DNA of 26,558 bases. Origin: Hydrurus foetidus. Its lineage: Eukaryota. The stretch is from contig UYFQ01000340.1 in NCBI GenBank assembly GCA_900617105.1, positions 62,001 through 88,558 of the forward strand, given 5' to 3'. Under the pieces are notes generated by a model. It had not been told where the DNA came from and did no database searches. It was given only the letters and a program-made list of their open reading frames with translations. Shown here in pieces: positions 21,040 to 26,558 of the stretch (position 1 is the stretch's first letter; each line of letters opens with the position of its first letter). The position numbers and the translations under genes were made by a program.

Positions 21040-24000
21040 TTATATCAGTTGACCACCATCATCAGTCCAACCCGCTCTCCATTCTCGTGAAAAACCTTGA
21101 CCCACAGATAATTCAATTTTCGCACTGAACACGTGGTCTACAATTTTTGTCGATTGAAAAAAAAATCACATTCATAAGTAATTAAATCAAAAAATTTCGA
21201 TAAAAAAAGTAAGAGAAAAAAGATAATAGACGATAAAAAGAAAGGCATGACAACGAAATTCATAAAGAGCGGAGGAATTGAAAAACGACAACGTGCTCAG
21301 ATTTGAGAAAAAAAGAAAGAAAGACATATCAGGTAAGAGGTAAAATTACGTCATCAAACAAAAAATAGTACATTCAATGTAACAGAAATAAAGGGAAGAG
21401 TAAGTACTGTACGTTACCTGTTGTGTGGTAGTACGTGTTTTCGCCCAGTCCGTGATATCCTCTCAATCTGTGGATGTAGCCTGATGTTCATATAAACAAA
21501 AAACAATTTCAAAAAATTTCACCATCGAACAGTGATTTATAAAGTACAAGAAATCCTAAAATAAATACAAAATTAAGAGAAATGCAAATATAATATAAAA
21601 ATGTAACATAAAGCAAACGACAAAATTAAATAAAACATTCTATAGCGATATATCAGAGATGTAACACATAAATAATAAAATGCGAATGTACGAAACGTGT
21701 AGTATCAATAATATTCATGAAATATTTACCTGTAAAAGTTGAAAAGAAAGTCCCAGCGAAATCTTTCGCTCTGGAACAAACAATGCTTTCCGCCATACCG
21801 TATTGATTTGGATTGGCATCGGGGATTGATTGTAAATAATCATGTAAGAATCTTATCTTCCATCCGAAATCTTCAAACGCCTTCCAACTCGGCTGTAGAA
21901 ACATTGTGAAAAATGTAAAAAACGTAAGAAGATAAATAATGAAATAGATCAAATTGATGCAGATGACAGAATAAAATGTATAAATTATAAGTTCTCTACA
22001 ATCTGCAAAACGCACATTTCTGAAAATAACATACAGATATAAGTACGTTCCGTGCACTTACGTCATCGAGACATCCAACCGGTTTGGGATGTGGGTGTTT
22101 TCGACAGTCTTTCCTCTCCGCGTAACAGTTGACACAGATGCCTGTAGAGTCGTCAGATAGTATGAGATAGTATGAGATAAACTAGAAAAGATGAGAGAAA
22201 AGAAGAGGGAAGGTAATGCAAAAAAGAGAAGAGTTGAGATACAATAGGATAGAATAAAACGAGAAGAGGTGAGATATGAAGACATAAAATAAGGTCAGAC
22301 AAGAAAAGATTCAGTAAGATAAGATGTGACGAAGTTGAAAATAAGGGAGAGTGAGGTAAAATTAATACTGCATCAAACAAATAGGTACCTTTCGGGTCGT
22401 CTGTTGAGAGGTATACGAGCGAGCCAGGAGGCATGATAGGAGTGCCATCAGGGTTCACTAGATTCTTCAGAATATCAGCAGCGGATATTTTCACTTCCTA
22501 AAGATACAGAAATAATCAAAATTAAATAGTCAAATAATAATGATAATAATGAAAGTATACACTATCAAAAGCATAATAAAAGAATTTCATAATCTAATCA
22601 ATGAAGAAGATAAGATGTGATACAATACAGCACTTTATTGTTGTTTTTCATATAGAAATAATAATCATTATTACACTTACTTTATATTGGAAGTCCCCTC
22701 TCCTGATATGCAGTGCGAAATAATCTCCGTTTGGATTGCCGGTTGGATCGAGCGAACGTGCGTCTGCGCGTACGGCGTCTACCAGTGTCGCACCGGTACA
22801 CTGAATTACGTCTGATGATGTAGATAAATAATTACATAAAGAAGATAAATAAACAATTTCGTAGATAAATTTGTAAATAAGAGAAATAAAAGCATGTGAA
22901 AACTCAAAAAATAAATATACGTGATAAAAATACGTAATAAATATACATAATAAATATACATGATAAATACGCGTACCTTTGTATCTCATGTAATCACGTA
23001 CAAATCTTCGATAAAAACTCTGCATTTCAGTATCTTCAAAAAAAGCAAAGGCGTAATGATGTTGTAAAATTCGATGTTCTGCGTGGGCGGGGACGTGTAT
23101 GTGATGTGCGGCCTCCATTTCAGGCGTGTAGAACATGGGCTCTCTGTGGCCTTTGAAAAGTGCCAGACGTTTTTGTGTTTTTTCATCGATATTCTCAATT
23201 GTCGTGAAATTGGCTGGAGGATTAAATAATTGTGGAGGCATTAAAAACGTTAGGAATGATTCGAAAAACTATTATGTGTTCAAGAGCGAAAGTACATGAA
23301 TAAAAGTGATAAGAAATAGCAAAATGTCGAAGTAAAAGAAAGATTCTATCATAAAAAAAAGAGAACGAGGAATAAAAATGTGTATAAGTATCAGGTGATA
23401 ATTTGAAATAAATAATCGAAGACAACCCTATTTTATGTACCGTTTTTGGCGGGCATGTAGAAGTAGTGTCCGCTCCATTCCGGCTTGACATCGGACACCT
23501 ACGGTAAAAATTGAATATGTGCGATTAGAATTCGTTGATGCGAAAAAAAATAAGACGGAGAAGAAAATGTGGTGCAGAGCAAGTGACGGGATTGGTGGGT
23601 GAATAGTCGTAAAATATACAAACAAGAAAAAGGTAAGATCAAGTAAAAAAAGAGGAGTTATTTTGTTGTTTTAATAAATAGATATGTCACACCATTCCAA
23701 TACATTTATCGGGAAATTTTTCTCACATTTTCCGGTGCTGTATGCATCATTACATCACTATCATCACGTCAATAAAGTACCTCGTTAAGATATTGCCACA
23801 AATCGTTGCCCCACGCGCTTGAAGTATTACCAGGGGGTAGCACACCTTTGAGCCCTCCAGTCACTCCTTCTTTCTCCAAGAACTCTTCCATATGCAGCAG
23901 GTGAAATCCTTTATGCGATCTTAAAAGATCTTAAATTTGCGAAGTAAAGAGGAAGTAAATTTGTGGATTTAATATGAATTGATTTTGATAAGATATCATT

Positions 24001-24613
24001 TAAATTGCTAGTGCCTCATGTTATATCAGTACTTCGCTGTTACTAAAATGGCTCACAATCTTGTAGAACATGTCGGTAAATTAAACGTGTAAGAAAAGTA
24101 GAGAAAAATGACACTGATTGTAGATTATCATGTACGTACAATCGATTGCCATTGCCGTTACGTACGAGTAGCAGTGAAATTAGTGCAAGTATCGATAAAA
24201 AGTCTCAAATAAATCAGATGATGCTTCAAAGAGCGAAACATACAAAGAATAATTTCTTTTCATAATAGTCTTAATTTTGAGTTTTTTCTCACCTAGATCG
24301 AAGAAATCTTCAAATCCCATTTCATCGTGGGCTTCTTTATCCTCTTTGTCTAAATTTTCAAGAAATACGACATACGAAATACGAATTGTGAGAAAACACG
24401 AATCATATAGTTTACTAATAAAATAATCGGTAAATAGGAAATAAAATAATAATAACAATAAATAAGGAAATAGTGATCGGTATATAATTCGAAGTTCTCA
24501 CAATGCCGATACAATAATACATAGTACACATTTTCTAGAGCCTTACAAGAAAGCAGTTTTATATAGACCATACTCTATACCAAATTCAATTGCATGTATA
24601 CAGTAAATCATTC

Positions 24614-24645
<32 letters not shown>

Positions 24646-24796
24646 AAATAAACAAATAAATCATAAACAGTATTCGTACCTTTGTGTGCCTGTCCGAGTA
24701 AGTAAAGGTGTTGTTGAGGCGGAACGACTAATGTCCGACCAAATGCATGGGCCAGCACGATCATGCATTCAAGACCCATACGCACGTTGTTCCATC

Positions 24797-24844
<48 letters not shown>

Positions 24845-26558
24845 GGGGGGTGATGGAGTGATATGATGTGGTGTAGTGTAGTGTGAGGTAGTGTAATGTA
24901 GTATAGTATGATGAAATGTGGTGTGGTGTCATGTAGTGAGGTGAGGTGTAGTGTAGCACGGTGTGTTGTGTTGTAATGCAATGAGATGAGAAAATGACAC
25001 ATTTCGTCCAACCCATTCTTACTTCCACAATCCACCAACCTAAAATCACTCAAACTAAAATCTCTCGAACAATTTATCCGGTATATGTTTACCTTGGTCG
25101 TATTCGAATGACACGTAACGGTCGTGATGCTCGCCATGGTGTGGGGTGACGGGACTCTCGTACGTACGGTCACCAGGAACCTATACGTTACATTATTGGT
25201 ATTATTTTTGTTGGTATGTTTAATATTTGTGATTTGCCTGAAGAGGATTATGCTATGTACTTATAATACATGAGACATTCTTTATTTCTTAATCTTGACT
25301 ATCAATGGTTATAGAATTCAACAGTTTACAATTTATCATTATTTATGACTCTATTTTGAATTTATGTTCCGCCTTCTCTGAAGTCCAACGACTAAAAAAA
25401 AATTAAAATTCATTTCAAAAATCATCGAAATCGACAAGATGCACAAAATTCAATTTTAATTAGTAATTACTTTAATCGAAATAGAGTTAGTTAAGCTAAA
25501 CTCAACTTACCACTTTCCAGTAAATGATCTCGGAATCTCTTGGCTTACCGTGACACATCAACTTTCCTCTCTCTTCCACTGTGAAGTAAATAATGAGGTA
25601 ATGAAGAATCAAATATATGACGCATTAATGTATTTATTAAAAAGAATATTTATATTTTTTCTGAGTTAATCGAAATCAAGACGAAACCCAAGAGTAATTT
25701 AATTTGATTTTTTTGTAAATTTTTTCTTCTACAGGCATTTTCGATTCGAGTTCCGCTATCACAGCGTCTCCTCTACGGTATTAATTTCAGAATATTACAC
25801 TTTCACAATATTTTTGATCTTTGGTCTTTTTCTCAGATCAACACAATGTTTGCATGCAGCACTGCACACTATCATTTTATATCGTAGATACTCAAATCAT
25901 ATTCATTTATGTAACACACGATAAATGGAATCAAAACACGTTTTTTTAAAAATGTCTACAGTAAAAGCCGATAAAAGAGGATAATACATATTCTAATCAG
26001 TATGCATTTTAGAAGGCAAAAAAATCACAGATCAAGTTCACATATTTGGATTCGTAACTATAATTAATAACTAAGATTCTAGAAACCAAAAATTCTAGTA
26101 TTTTCGCACGTTACACTTCACTATGATCACCATTTAAAAAAGAAAAAAGAGAAAGGGAAATAAACAAAATGGATGAAAAGTGAAGAAAAAAGAATTTTAC
26201 CTGTTGATTCAACCGTATCAGGAACAACATCGGATTCTGATTTCGTCTTAAGTGTATGCTTTCCTGAATCATCATCTTCTTTTGAGTTATCATCATCTCC
26301 TTTTTCTTTAGACGATTTCTTTTCATCTACTGCTTTTGGTTCTGTTTCTGTTTCTAAAACTGAAATTGGCTCTGGTTCTTTTTCTGGTTCTTTCTCTGGT
26401 TCTTTTTCTTTTTCTGGCTCTCTTTCTGGTTCTTTCTCAGTTTCACTTTCTGGTTCCTTTTCTGGTTCCTTTTCTGGTTCCTTTTCTGGTTCCTTTTCTG
26501 ATTCTTTTTCTAATTCTGATTCCGCCTTAGACTCTTTAACTTCATCAGCAGATTCCCT
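21040..26558 (-). CDS. GDP-fucose protein O-fucosyltransferase-like glycosyltransferase (O-FucT/POFUT-like, GT-B fold), 5'-partial
   Basis: Phase-consistent exons on -: >26558-26201, 25578-25511, 25180-25093, 24799-24680, 24349-24293, 23929-23781, 23498-23441, 23213-22977, 22811-22681, 22497-22389, 22141-22062, 21892-21730, 21480-21418 and 21137-21040 (TAA). Motifs: EYDQGGWNNVRM..LAHAFGRTLVVPP, YFALHIRRGDF, LVYLSTDD, IVCSRAKDFAGTFFSTFTGYIHRLRG. Confidence 0.9.
24614..24660. repeat. Intronic (AAAT)n microsatellite
   Basis: Directly visible. Confidence 0.9.
24801..24975. repeat. Intronic (TG)n, G-run and degenerate (GTGTA)n repeats
   Basis: Directly visible; the (TG)n abuts the splice acceptor of exon 24799-24680. 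Confidence 0.9.
26368..26515 (-). repeat. Coding 12-bp tandem repeat encoding (EKEP)n in the acidic N-terminal stalk of the fucosyltransferase
   Basis: + strand (TTCCTTTTCTGG)n; the - strand frame reads ESEKEPEKEPEKEPEKEP... Confidence 0.9.

Noticed and set aside
1023..26530. Numerous 60-175 aa antisense or intronic ORFs in the track (e.g. 1639-1926, 7561-8088, 9541-10056, 17436-17840, 20389-20673, 26336-26530)
   Set aside because: They are shadows of A-rich coding exons, microsatellites or MITEs, with F/L/S-biased composition and no domains.

Overview
AT-rich, intron-rich eukaryotic nuclear DNA. Standard genetic code, GT-AG introns full of microsatellites; the protein families look stramenopile-like, which is my inference. 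Two convergent multi-exon host genes flank a ~9 kb island rich in transposable elements. On + is the 3' part of a giant coiled-coil gene (14 exons, about 2,500 aa in the window, stop at 11764). It carries an exact 96-aa tandem repeat and a C-terminal HxxxH pseudo-zincin-like domain. On - is a GDP-fucose protein O-fucosyltransferase-like gene (14 exons, 5' end outside the window, stop at 21040). The island holds a divergent ~1,100-aa hAT-like DDE transposase (13099-16557, one intron plus a 1-nt homopolymer frameshift), a 120-bp TIR element with an 8-bp TSD, twin GC-rich hairpins, a 264-bp TIR element, an intronless ankyrin-repeat gene and a possible Harbinger relic. A ~190-bp near-perfect foldback element occurs three times across the window. 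Several 1-nt homopolymer indels are probably assembly errors. Coordinates were derived by hand and may be off by a few bases. I could not define the ends of the hAT-like element.
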